Part shown: one piece after another, positions 1 to 13,262 of the stretch | Numbering within the stretch: position 1 is the stretch's first letter | How the letters are laid out: each line of letters starts with the position of its first letter | Assembly: GCA_001949185.1 (NCBI GenBank) | Contig: BDGG01000016.1 | Location: 852,277 to 916,276 of the forward strand | Origin: Ramazzottius varieornatus | Lineage: Eukaryota; Animalia; Tardigrada | Reading direction: 5' to 3' | Length of the DNA stretch: 64,000 bases | The notes under the pieces: model-generated | Told to the model about the DNA's origin: nothing | The model's input: only the letters and a program-made list of their open reading frames with translations | The model's database searches: none | Made by a program: the position numbers and the translations under genes

Positions 1-227
1 AGATAATGTGGAAGTAGTTAGATAAAGAACTACTCATATTATAAAACCTACTCCTTTTTGGAAACATCTTTCAAATTTTTCGTTTAAAAATTTTCAAGGG
101 ACAAACATTCAAATCACCAAAGGATATTGCTATCATCTATCGATATAATAAACACGCATGCCGATACGAGCACCATTACCGATGCGAGAAGAGACGGTAA
201 TTTTCTACGTCTAATGCATCGTTTTAC

Positions 228-3200
228 CTGAGTTTCGTATTCGGGAGGAACAGGCTCGAACATGACCGGTTCCATACGGGGTTGGATGTACCTCTGTCGT
301 TTGAGATGTTCTTGGTACCTGTGATATCAGTTGCAGCATGGGAAATTGTTTAGTACGAAAGTGTGCTTGCTGGTAGATGGACACCTACCTGGCCCAGAGG
401 TAGCACAGTACGATGATAGCGATGATGCCGAAGAGGATGATAAGGGCCGCCAGTGCAATGAGGCCGGCTTCGAAGCCCCATACCGACCACGTCTTGTACA
501 CCAGAGGCTGAACCAAACCAGGGAGGATGTAGGGTGCGCGGAACTCCACTGCGCGATCGGTACCGATTAGGATAGTCTGAATTTCGGAAAGACGACGGTC
601 CTGGATCTCCCTCGACAACAAAATGCTAAAATCAGCCAGAACCATCCATCAACAACCGGCCGACAGCTTTTGTCAAGTGGGGTGCAACACTTACGATTGA
701 AGGTCCAAGAAAGTCATGATTCGCCTCGTGTCCGGATCGATGGCGTACATCCACATGTCAGTACTGCAAGGACAAGTATCAGTAAAATACAGCGTAGAAA
801 AGAGGCATAGACTGAACATTGTCGAAAAAGAAGGCAAACTTACGATGCAAAATCCGGGCGAGTTCGGTTCCCGTCAAGAATGTCGCGATGTGTGATTTTT
901 TCCACACCGATGATTTTGCCGGTATTTTGCTGGATGATCTTGACAATGGCGTTGGCATAGGCATCACGTGTCTTGGCTGCGTCGGTGCCTTCAAGCACCA
1001 GGATGAAACGATTCTGGTCCCTGATCAAGTTGATCTGTCAAACAGGTTGAAGACCACAAGTTATGTTCTGTGGCGAGTAAGGGTTCATATGCAAAACGAG
1101 GACGATTACAATGACGGTGGCGGCCGCCGCTTTGAACGTAGGCTGGTTGGGCGAGTCGCGAGCTTGGACGGTGAATTCGTAGGGCTCGTTGTCCGGTGTG
1201 GAATCGATGAAGGTGACGCGAGTGCTGACCAGGCCGCTTTCGTCATTGATCTCGAAACGTTGAGCAGGGACACTGGGAATCATGGTGTATCGAATGATAC
1301 CGAATTCGCCCTTGTCCGCGTCCGTGGCCTGCAGTAGAGAGTTCTATTGGGAGAAAGTCAGAAGGAAAGGCTACTGCCTGGATTTTGAGCTTGACACCAA
1401 CCGAAACTTTGAGGACTGGTGTGCCGACGTTGGAGTTTACATCGATAGCGCCAAAGTATCTTCCGCCAGTTAAGCCCGGATAGGCAAAGATGAATTGCGG
1501 AGCGTTGTCATTCATGTTGACGACCGAAACCACCACTCGTGTGTCAACTAAAAAGAGGTAAACATCGAATTAAGCTTTTGTTTGTTATTATCGAAAGACA
1601 GGTCGCACGACTGTGTAAGTTCGTCTGGGTACAGTGCAGGCAGAACAACAACAAGGACATTTTTCTACATTACGTCCTCGCGCAATGAGGTGATCTCAAT
1701 ATTATCGAAAGAGTTTTTGCGGGACTTTAATTCTAGTTCGGCTGGTACGTACTTCGGAAGTTTGGTTCGTTGGCCGTGGCGCCGGTCGCTTGCACCACAA
1801 TTTCGTGCTCGTTCCGCGTCTCAAAGTCAATGGGACCACCAGCTGTTTTGACTTCGCAATCTTGGCTCGATGTCGGACCGGTAGCGAAGGCGTTATCGGT
1901 GTTGCCCGAGACGATCTCACAACGCAGATTCTGGATGCCGCTCGGCGGCTTGTTGATGATGCGAAGCTCTTCCACCAGCGTGTTTAAATTCGAACCTTCC
2001 CTTATCTTCACCCTACAAAATACACCTGATTAGGTCTTGCCATGTAGACACCAAAAGGAGCGTCGGCAAATGGTATCACCCAGTTCGTTATTCCCAGCGG
2101 CGCACGTTCACACTATTCTTGGTAGAAGGTGCGCGCCACTTGGGAGAAACAATCTGGATAACTTCATTTGCTGAAGTTCCAAAGAGTACTTACTGGTACT
2201 GTGGAAGGGCGAACTGGACCGGCGGCGTTTCAGCATCGATCAGTGGAGCCGAAGGCTGACCGGCGTCGATGACGTTGACGATGACGGTCGACGTGGCAGT
2301 CTGAGGAGGGTTGCCAGAGTCCCTGGCTGTGACGATCAGGTTGTAGACGACATCGGTGTCGCGAGTGAGGTCTCCCGAAACCCGAATCTCCCCCGTGTTG
2401 GGATCCACTTGGAAGAACTGCTGAGCTTTAGCGTCACCTTCGATAGCGTAGGTTATCTTACTCGTCTGCAAAAAATACGCGCCATAATAGCTTTTTCGTT
2501 TCGTCAGATGAAATATTGCAGACAATATCCAAGCGGAACTTGCGGATATTTACCGTGTCGCCATCACGAGCCAAGATTGTCTGAATGACGGTGTTGAGTG
2601 GTGCCTGTCGACCAATGCTGGCCACGTAGGGTCCTCCGACGAACCGTGGTCCCACATCGTTTTCGTTCTATGTTAGAAACAGGTTAGAGCGACACTTTGA
2701 CAACGGTTTATTGATAAGGAAGTTGAGTGCTTTACCAGGACGTTGATGTAGACAGTGGCAGAGCTGGATGGGGAGCTCTTCTGGTTCTGATTGGTGCCCA
2801 CGATGAGTTGGTAGCGGTTGGTGGTTTCGTAGTCCAGCGGGATCCTGGTGGTAATGATACCGGACTGCGGGTCGATGGCGAAAGCGTTGGTGTCGCCCTT
2901 CAGGATGACGTATGAGATCTGCTTTCTGGTGTCTGGATCGGTGGCCGAGACTTGCACAACTTCTAAACCAGCTGGACGGTTCTCGTAGACTTCGGCGTAG
3001 TAAATCCTGTCGATAAACTGCAAAGAAAAGAAGAACGGATATAACTATCAGGAAAAACTAAGACAACTCGGAATATGCAGAATTCTCATCTGTCAATCCT
3101 CTTCTGACTTGATCACAAAATAATCGTACAAAATAACCCGATTATGAACATATGTTCTTGACGATAACACGGCGCCAATAGGCTTGCCAGATAAAATTGG

Positions 3201-6200
3201 CTCTAGTTAATATTCCGTAAAAAGCTCAACTTTCTCCCTCCATTGAGGATTGGAAATTTTGTCAAAGATTTGGAAGAAAGAAGAGATATATATCTGACGT
3301 ACGGTTGGGTCTTCGTCTTCGGTATCGATGACGTTGATAGTGACGACCGCGGTAGCCGAACGCGGACTGGGGATGACAATGCCGCGGTCCGAGCTGTAGG
3401 AAAAGCCATTGTCTCTGGCCGTCACAATCAGCGTGTGTTGCTGTTGTCTCTCAAAGTCCAGCGGTACCACCACCGTGATTTCACCCGTCTTTTCGTTGAT
3501 ACGGAACAGGCTGCATAGAAAAGACAATGAATGATTAATCACGTCCGGAAGTGGTCAAGTTAGACATGCCTGTGGCAGGAAAAAAAGAGTGATGAGAGTG
3601 TCAAGAGAGCAACGTACGGATTTGGTGGTATGGAGTAGGTGATGTCGCCATTAGGACCGGTATCCTTGTCCGTGGCCGACACGATGCCCACGCGAAGAGG
3701 GGCCTGATTTTCCGGTACACTAAAGACTATTGGAGGCCGCGGACTGACGAATTCAGGGTCGTTGTCTGTAACAGATATAAGCAACACCGATTAACGGATG
3801 ATCCTTGGCTAATGGTATTTAATCTGATAGGTACCGTTGATGTCGTTGATCAGAATGGACACTGTTGTGGTCGCCATCTGAAACCAAGGCATAATTAGGC
3901 TTGGATTTTCGTGAACCCATTTTCCGCCTTGTTTTGAATAATATTAATCAATCAAGCAAAGTTATATTATTTCTAATCCAAAATTCGAATATTTCATTGT
4001 ATTCTTTCTTCATTTGAAATTGGTCTTACGGCATTGGAAGGGTCTCGAGCTTGAATGATCAGCGTGTAGCTTCTTCGTTCTTCATAGTCGATGGCAGCGA
4101 TAGTGTGAATGCTACCGGTGTTGGCGTCAATGGCGAAGCGAGCTTCCTCGTTACCACCAATGATACTGTACAGCAGAGGCTGGTTGTCTGGGTCGCGAGC
4201 CTAGAACGACCATTTGGGACGTTAATGGGTCAAATTACTAGAAACATTTTGGAGTTGGATTCTTGACGTACGGTGACGACAATGACCGGGTAATGAAGCG
4301 GAACTCCTTCGGGGATAGAGGCCACATAGGAGGGGTTGACAAAGACCGGCGCTTCGTTCCGGCCGTCATCGACAACTTTCACCCTGATGATCCCTTCGTC
4401 GAACCTGTGAGAAAGACTGACACGATGAACGAACTGCTCTGTACACACCATCATGGGCTGTGAGGTGTAAAAGGGGGTACAGACGTACTTTCCACCGCCA
4501 TCCGTTGCCCGCACTTTGATCTCATACAGTTCGCCTTTGTAGACTGTTCCGCGTTGGAGAATGACGCCCGTGTCGACGTTAATGACAAAGATGCCGCGCG
4601 CATCGGCTGGTGTGGGATTGTTGGTGGACACGGCCAAGCGCTGGACGTACACAATGGCGTAGGTGAGCTGCCCATCTTTGCCTTGATCCTCGTCGATTGC
4701 GTTGACCTGCAGAGAAACAACCATCATGCAAACATGATCATTTACGCACAGGAACCACGTTGAAAGCAGAACACAGCCACAAATCCAACCAGCTTCTGAC
4801 GCTTTCATCGCGCCACGCCGAGACTTTCACATTACAAGCGGATATTTACTTGCAGACCGGGTGCAACACAACATGGCGGACACGTGCACGTTTTCACATG
4901 CTACGTTTCAACGTGACGGAAGCGTGTTTCGGCTGGGTAATCTTACAGTGACAACGGGACGGCCATCAGGCGGACCAGCGCGCAGCTCCACCGGGTTGTA
5001 CTGTTGTAGTCGGGGCGTATGCTCGTTGACTTTGGCAATCACCACGGTAATGTCCAATGGGTCGCTGGTTAAGACCTCGGTGGTGTCTTGTTCGGTGCAG
5101 GTTACGCTAATCTTGATGTTTTCGCGGTTGGTCACCTGCGAGGCGAAACCGGGACGAATGCACTGGATATAACCTTCAGGCGTGACTTGGAAGTAGTTTC
5201 CGTACACTCCGCCGATCGAGTAGGTGAATCTTCCTGGTCCGCCCTAAAACAACTCCAAACCATGATCATCCATTTTTCTAACTGTACTCACTCAGTGAAT
5301 TCAAGCAAACCGTTTTCTGAAGTGACGCACGCTTTCAGCTAATAAGAGTAAAATTGTGCGCCAATTGGAAAACCAAGAAAACCCGACCAGATAGTTTTCA
5401 GGGTGGCGCACATTCTCGGCCAATAATGTTCAAAACGTGCGCTACTTGAGGTGACGATAGGGGTGAACTCGTGAAATTGTTTGCGACGTAGGTTTTTACC
5501 GTAACATCTGCGTCGTAAGCGTTGAGTTGGTACGGTGTTTGACTGTTGGCGGAGATGGTCGCTCGGAACCCAACCGGTGCATTTTCCGGGATGTAGCAGA
5601 TGGTGGAAGGCGCTCGAATGATGGGTCGATGCGAGTTCTGCGTTCTGACGTTCACCTGCAGTTGCGCGACGGAAGAACGAGCTAGTCCGCCAGGCGGCGC
5701 GACTTCCTCTGCCTATCAAAGAGAAGAAAACCAATGATTGACTATGTCGAGAGAAGAACAGCAACAATGGCGTCATGAGGCGTACTAGCGAGCGAGGTTT
5801 GACGGGCACATGTCAAACCTCGTCCGTATAGCACAGAGAGAAATGAAAGGTTTCTGGTTGAGCAAGATGGAGAAGGTTATTATGGGGATGGTAGAGGGAC
5901 AACTGGTCAGCGCACAAGTCAAGTTATGATCTAATTAAGAGCTTTGCCATGTTGACACAATTCCGACACTGAGGAGCTTGATCGGTTAGGGCAACATGGC
6001 CCAACGCGCGTTCCAGCAGACACATGTCTGCGATGATCTTACGACATACCTTGACGTAAATGGTATATTCTTTGACGTCCAGCTGCTCCATCGGCCGAAT
6101 TTGGCGAATTTCACCGGTTTCGGGGTTGATGCGGAAATACGAGGCGAAAGACGCCGGCTGACCTACAACACACGAACAGTTCACCCTATCTTGCATAAGA

Positions 6201-7954
6201 CGAAAATCCAACATACTAAAAAACTTCTAGCATAGCTCGAAAGTAGACTGCAAGAAATTTTCGTTAACCAGCATAATCTTCGCGGACTGAAACCCATACA
6301 AAGGTATTTTGAAGGGAGGAATATGGAGAGATCAACAGAAGGAATGGAACAAGCCACATTGGTCGATTTTCTACAAGTTGTTCTCCCTTCCGCTGGCACG
6401 AAATCTCAAGATATATTTTAATTTTATTTCGTTTGTGATCCTAAGGCACATTTTTCCGACATGGAAGAAGTACGTACTTTCAGGGAGAAGGCTATAACGG
6501 ATGGGATAGCGTAGCGTGTCGCGATCGTAGGCGCGGATGGGTTCGGGTAAGACTTTGAGCGTTCCCCCAGCTTGCCGCAGGTAGCAAGTGGCGGTGTAGC
6601 GGGGATTAATGCAGACGTTACTAATCCTCTGGCAGCCAGCATACTCAAAGGCCGGATCCAGATCGTTGGAGTCTTGAATTCTGACCGTCACTACGAATTC
6701 GTCCGTGTTGACACCGTCCGTGGCCCGGATCTTGACGTGATATTCCTGTTGCCGCTCGAAATCCAGTGGGCGACGCACAGCGATCCAGCCTTGCAGGGGA
6801 TCCGTCACCACGAAGTACTCCTTCACATCCTCATTCTACAAGCGAAAAGCATATTTTCAATGCGAACAAAAACTTCCCCCCAATTTCGCCTGCTAGTAAA
6901 TCCCGTTACCCGAACGTGTAATATTCTTATTTTCCGCTGAATTTTTCTATTGTATCTTACCACAATACTATACGTGTATCCAGTCCGGCCAAATTCCCTC
7001 GGGTTCGCCTGATAGATTGTCGTTCCGACTGGAGTCAGCTGAAAATGGATAAAAATGCGAGCAATCAGTCCAAGCGGAACTTTGCTGCGAAAATTTCATC
7101 GAGTGACAGCTCGGCATGCAAACTCAATCAAACCATTTTACCAAGTGGCGCACGCCAATAGCACTGAGAACGTGAGCTACTTGGCGAAACGATTCAGCCG
7201 AGTTTGTTCGCCGATCTCCCAAATTTGGATAATGCGACATTGCGAATTGCTTCAACGAAACTTACCTCGGATATTGTGACGACCCTGGGCATGATAATCT
7301 GTTGAAGAAGTTGGACGATTCTGACATGGACGGTAATGTACGTCTGGAAGGAAGAGGAGAGTGTTTGGCTGAGTTTTCTGATTGTGAAAGATTTGGTGGG
7401 AGCTTTTGTGGACGTTATTGTTTACCGGTATTGTGGGTATGAGTCTTCGCCTCGTGCATTTGAGCCTGAGGGTGATGTGTTCAGGTAGTTGGTGTTGTTC
7501 CGTCAAGCTGCGTGTAAGGAGTAATTGTTTCCCATTGACCATGAACCAGTCGGAGAATGGGCCATCTTTCATCACAGATAAATCAATCTCGTCCGGACTA
7601 CCGATAATATTGTTTAAGAAAACGGTAACGGTGCTGGAATCGGAGTTTGGTTGTGTCTGCACGTCAGCCGTAAGATGTGTTGCTCCATTGCGTACTGTAC
7701 ATACTGTACGGAAAACCCAGAAGAGAAACCATTACACGTCAAATGTGAAAGTGAACCAATAACCTATTACGAGGGATAAGTGATCATGTCAAGCGCCTTC
7801 CCCAAAATAAAATCTTACGTTGAGCGTTGGTCAAAGAAGAACAACCGGTGAGCAAATAGGCAGTCAACAGAAACAGCCAGGGCGACGAGGATATCGATGA
7901 CGACCTAAAGTCTAAGAGGGAACGCCGCCTTGTGAAACACCCAACCACATCCAT
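228..7954 (-). CDS. Cad99C: Cad99C/PCDH15-like cadherin, multi-exon; 3' end lies beyond the left edge
   Basis: ATG at 7954 with hydrophobic signal peptide (WLFLLTAYLLTGC). About 11 cadherin repeats over GT-AG exons (LDFE, DSNDLDP, DINDNDP, ARDSG, NMNDNAP). Cad99C-type Cys loop DPAFEYAGCQRISNVCINPRYTA. TM helix at ~395-480 and cytoplasmic exon 228-318 ending EYETQ. Confidence 0.85.
2057..2180. repeat. Palindromic element (N27 family), cadherin intron
   Basis: agcggcgca-N27-cgcgccactt with ~48-bp imperfect arms. Confidence 0.9.
5297..5489. repeat. Palindromic element doublet, cadherin intron
   Basis: Two N27 units, period 81. Confidence 0.85.
7105..7220. repeat. Palindromic element with shortened (20-nt) spacer, cadherin intron
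   Basis: aagtggcgca-N20-tgagctactt. Confidence 0.8.
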
Positions 7955-10373
7955 TCGAACACTGAAAGCGTCCCTTTTACTAGGAGGACGCTTTCCCGCT
8001 GCCTTCACTGTTCTTCCTTGCGAAAGCGTTTTTTCAGTCCACAAGATATTCAAGAAGAACCCGATCGAATCGATCGACCTGCAATAAAAATTCGAATTCA
8101 GTTGAAAATAATCCTGAGTTTAACTGTCGATTGAAATGCAATATTTTGGTGGGAACAACGCTTAATTTTTCTGCTGTGGGTTGAATCAAGAGAAGAAAGC
8201 AATCAACAGCTGGGCATGACGTCTCCGTAATATTTTCCCACCACAATGACCGGCTTAGAAAGCGATCTTAGACCTTCAAAAAGTTTGACAAAGCCATGCG
8301 GGAGTGAACAAAGGACCAAAATATTAGAGTGCTTGGCCGGCAGAATTTGCGGATTAAAACCACACGCTGGCTTTTCAGAATTCTGTTCAAAACGAAACAA
8401 ACGATTCTAGGGCATTCAAGTACATGTTTCACGATCCAGCAGCAGGTCGATTCTCCTGATAGCTACGACATAGTCCTAGCGAACCACGATAATGGGCGAT
8501 ATTAGTCCACAAATATTCCATCATATTCCACACGAGTACATTCAACAATATTCCCGAATATTCGTCAACAAGTGTTCAAGAGGCGAGTAAATAAAATATG
8601 CGTAAGGTGAAGTATTCCCTCGATCGGCAGACGTGAGAAAAGCCTCGTCCTACGGAAAGGCAAGACGACGAGCGCGATCGCCGTCTTGCGTTACATCTTG
8701 AAGTGCCACAGCTGTCCTCAAGATCAGCGTCACAATGCGCGCGCTGGTCGGAGAAAGATGGACGAAGACGATGGAGAAAGAGAAAAAAATGAGTAATGCT
8801 TCGGACTCTGTGGCGAACCCTCACCCTCTGCACTCTTGCGTTGTGTAAGACTCGGCTATGCTAGAATATCAACAGGTAAGCACCTTGGACGGTACGGTAC
8901 CTCGTCGATCGCCTTCATAAGCGAGGAATATGTCCAGCCCATCAGACGAGCCAGCAGGTAAGTAAGACAGTGTATTAGTCGGACGAGGAAAAGTGCGGGA
9001 CAAGTGAGTGAGCGAGCGAGCTACCAACACCGTCCAATGTTTAGCTTGGACCAACAAGTCTTTCGGCATTAGGCTTTTCTTCCATATTAACGTGCAGCTC
9101 ACAATCTCACCAGACCTAACTATATCATGACGCCTCAAGTGCTTACTAAATATTCACCGAAAAACTGGATGTGGAAGCTCATTAGTAAGCCCATCAATCC
9201 GATCTACACTGATTCTGCAATGACCATAAAACCTCAGTCATCCTCCTCTCGTATGCTCGCTAAGCTACCTCGTACCCACATCAACTCATGCAAAAACAAT
9301 CTACATTCTGCTGTCGAACCCAGGCATCACACCACGTGATGCTTGCGATTCAACATCTCGAACGTATCTTCGAAAGCACCGAACTATACAGCAGGCCTTC
9401 AAGAAGTGAGGTTCGAACCTCTGCTGTTCCATTCGCAAGTCTGTGCTAATGTCCGCAGGAATCTGGACAAAGTGTGGCGCCCCCTTTTGAAGAACTTTTT
9501 GGCGCGCCAAAACTATTGTTCATCCTTAAGTTCAGCTTTCTCTGAGAGCTAATCTTCCAGGTAGGAATCGTTCACGGTTCTTACATCAGGAAACTACAGA
9601 TTAATGTTCCGTCGTGTGATACCTGACAAAGGCTGCAGCCGGTCTGTTGTTCGCAACATCATGCAGAGGAGAACTTGATATGAGTCAAAACGAAACAAGA
9701 TCTAAATTATATTCCGCAGTATCGGCCTACAGCTCGATGATCGTATACTCATATCCCACGCTAAATCGCAAATACCCCAACCACTTGTAGATCGCTTTCT
9801 CCGTCTATCAAATAGAAATTACTCAATCTGTTACGGCACAAGCACGCTGCACAGCCAGCCCACATCCTTCAAGTATCCGACAAATTCATCAAGCATTCCG
9901 AAAGTTAGGGAAACCACTGGAATACTGTAGAACGAACAGTGCAAACTGGGCGCTGTCTCAAGGTTTCCAATCGAACAAACGAACGAGCGCGGAATTTTGG
10001 AACAAGGTTGCCGCTATCAAAGCACTCGTTGCTGACTTCCCAGCCGGAGAAGGATCACACTGTGTTACACCGTAGACAAATAAAATATTTCACGCCACAA
10101 GGTTAAATCATCATCTGATTAATAACTTGTCCAACTACCTAGCGATACAAATCCCCTATTGTTCAGACTATTAATAAATATAGCCAGCTTAACACCTCAC
10201 ATAGTCCTTCCTGTTGTAACTAGTCGGTAGATCCGTGGCGATCGCGCTCTTCCACGACATGCAACTTTCAAAATTTACTGACCAAGCTGAAAAATTGAGA
10301 GCAAAATTCCAAGCCAAACCGAACACTTTTCATTGGAGAATCTAAAGCTCGAAAAGTTTCCTGGGAATACTTT

Positions 10374-10481
10374 GAACGTGGGCAAACGAACTGAACCAGG
10401 TGGTTTTTCGAAGCGGCGCACAATTCCAGCCAATTGTAAAGACAATGTGCGCCACATGAAATAACGATTTGCCCACGTCTC
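10374..10481. repeat. Palindromic element (N27)
   Basis: aagcggcgca-N27-tgcgccacat. Confidence 0.85.
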
Positions 10482-11397
10482 GTTTCAGGAATCTGCAAGA
10501 AGAACAACACTTTGCTACTGCCCGGGGGGTATGTTCTGAATCAATTTTGAAAAGGACGCAAAAGGTTCTACCTGATTACGGTAAGTTTCAATCAGAATCC
10601 AGATGAGTGCGGGTTATGTACAATAGCGCAAACTGGTTCTCTTCATCATCTCATACCAACATTTGCTCATCGCAAGATGATGACATAAGACGCTATAATC
10701 CCATCAATACAACCACGCACCTTGTCCATCACAAACGGTACGTTTATACGGTCTATCACATCAAGATCTCCAAGATGATGATGCGTCGATGATGCGATCA
10801 GTTACGGCGACGTTCCGCCTGGTTAGCTGTTGAGAGAACTTCTCGAGAACCCTTCACAAGTAGATATTACGGAAGAATTTTAAAACCTCGAAGAAATATT
10901 CCGCATCAAGAATTTACCTATGAGAAAATCCATAATGCACAGGTAGCTTAGCCTCAGTGAGAAAGCGGAGGTGCTGAGGCAGCGACTAGTAGCAATGCCA
11001 AGAGTCGGGTCAAAAGGATGAAAGACACAAGTCATGTTTTAATGTTTCAATGGAGAACCCGAAACAATCGACAGCTGCATCAAACGCCATCGCGCCAATA
11101 TAAATGTGCCCCAACTAGTGGGCACATTTTTGCGCGCTACTGATCACCTTCCAAGAATGCCATCCAACACCGGCCAATGCATCCTACCGCCATCCCACAA
11201 CTGCTGGGCCGATGACATTCTTGGTAAAACAACAGCCCAAATCAAAACATCAAGTCAGAGCAAACGGTCAGTGTTTGATTCTCGTCACATTCCTTCTCGT
11301 TTCAGTTTCACGGGCACTGTGCCATCACACAAGACCAATGTTCACAAAAGCAACAGTCAAGACCCAAACCCTACGAACCCGCCGATAAAACCTAACT

Positions 11398-11530
11398 GAG
11401 ACATTGGCAGACGATATCATACAGTACCACTCAGTTCGTCATCTCAAGTGGCGCACGTTTACGAACTTACTAGCTGAGAGCATGCGCCACTTGGGAAAAC
11501 GATCCGGGTGACTTCGTTTGCCCACGTCTC
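11398..11530. repeat. Palindromic element (N27)
   Basis: aagtggcgca-N27-tgcgccactt. Confidence 0.9.
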
Positions 11531-11632
11531 AACTTCCGCCAACTAGTTCGTGCTCGAATCCTACTTCGAACCCGAATCATCTCAGTTTTAAAAACCTATC
11601 AAATACCATTCGGCAGTGAAACAGTTGCTTAC

Positions 11633-13262
11633 CTGTACTTCAATCGATGGGTTGTCCAAGCCGACCGGACTGGAAGTCTTCTTATCCCAAGGAATTAAAA
11701 CTGGGCTAGGTTGAAGAATGGCTGAAAACAAGAGTTCCAGGTATAAAACCGCCTCGGAGGAATAATAAACAGAAGACCAGACTAGAGAAGAGAAAGATGG
11801 AAGTTGCTGAGGCCGGTCACGATGAGGTCTTCAGGGGCGACCGGAAGCAGATTACCCGACTTCTGATCTCGGAAATCCGAAAGACATACTGATCCTCTCG
11901 GAAGTCGTCTAATTGCCAGCCAAGTGTCACTTTTTACCTTGATCATTAATGAAGATGCGGAAAGATCAGGAGAAATCGGCACGGTCAGCCATCCTTCCCC
12001 GGCTAACTCCGCCTTTGCTCTTATTCATGCCTGAATTGAAATGCATCATTCGCTACAGGTTACGAAGGTATTCACAGATCTTTTACATCACACAAAGCCC
12101 AAGTACCGCAGATCGAGGCATATTGCCATATATACAAAATAGCCATCTTACCAAATTGTTTGCCTACGATACCCTCGCGTTGCTGCGACATCCTCCTTCG
12201 TGCCCACATCTTCTCGTGTCAGTCTCGTGCCACCTTCACCCTTCCACTAGCCTCCGCCGTGAACCTCCGGTATCTACGCCAGTGTCTGCCAGGTCCTCAA
12301 ATGTGCCCAGAATAAACAAACACGAACTCTATCTAAGTTTTGGCTCCAACACTGTGGGAATTCCTTTGGTTGAACGGCTGAAAAAACATAAAAAAGTAGT
12401 TCGAAAAATTGAAAATTAAAAATTAGTTCGATTTTCAGAAGCCTATTTCGAAATCAACAACCTTGATCTGTCGATACTCGAACAGATACTGAAATCTATG
12501 AAACAACAGGAGAGAATGATTTACCGAGAGCAGCCAACTAGCATGGCGCATGACGTCATATTCTGCAACGACGTCATATTCTGCAACGACGTCATATTCT
12601 GCAACGTCGTCATATTCTGGAGCGACGTCACGGATATTTCCAGGTTGAAAATGGGCTTTCTTACTTGGCTGAAGAATTTCAAGGCCATGTTTGCCTCTTT
12701 TCCTGAGAATGTAAGTCGCATTCTTGAGACCTGTAGGAAAAAAATTCGTGATGTAATGTTGTCCCTCACAAGTTTCAAGACGAACAGACAAGCGCCCACT
12801 TTGACAGGTGTCCATCTGTGGCCGGCAAGGGTTTCCACTCCACACTTACGTCGACAGTAGGCCCTTCTTGGCACCTGTAATCAAAGCGGAGAAATGACGC
12901 ACTCGTAATCACCATTACCACTCTCTACTAACATACTGATGTGGTAATAATCAATCAGAGGAATTAATTTAGAACAAAGAATGATCCGCACTACGATGGA
13001 TCATCTCTCTAATCGAACGGATTATCCCGGCGATATGTCGTACTTCTTTGCCGCTTGATGAAACATCTGTAAAGAAACATTACGTTACACGTCGGCTTGA
13101 TCTACCTTGATCGACTAAGATTTGCATAACTCAGCACACTTACCAGATATCAACGAGAACCTATGCGTGGATCCATACAGGTGACGACGCGTGCCTGGTG
13201 AGATCCCATTCAAGCGAATAAAATATATTCTACCTTTCTTTCAGTTGTACCGTAATCTGCAT
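11633..13262 (-). CDS. Putative uncharacterised multi-micro-exon gene; exon chain and frame not resolved
   Basis: Series of minus-strand gtaag donors (near 13143, 12849, 12664, 11632) and pyrimidine-rich cag/tag acceptors flanking short open segments, e.g. 11633-11722 ILQPSPVLIPWDKKTSSPVGLDNPSIEVQ. No family recognised. Confidence 0.3.
12552..12630. repeat. 18-bp minisatellite (GACGTCATATTCTGCAAC), ~4.4 copies
   Basis: Direct tandem copies start at 12552, 12570, 12588, 12606 (diverged) and 12624 (partial). Confidence 0.95.

Noticed and set aside
819-5172. Plus-strand ORFs over the cadherin (and similar antisense ORFs over other genes)
   Set aside because: Antisense shadows of real coding exons.
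9405-9432. tRNA/B-box-like GAGGTTCGAACCTC
   Set aside because: No cloverleaf or A-box can be built around it; it is just a short palindrome.
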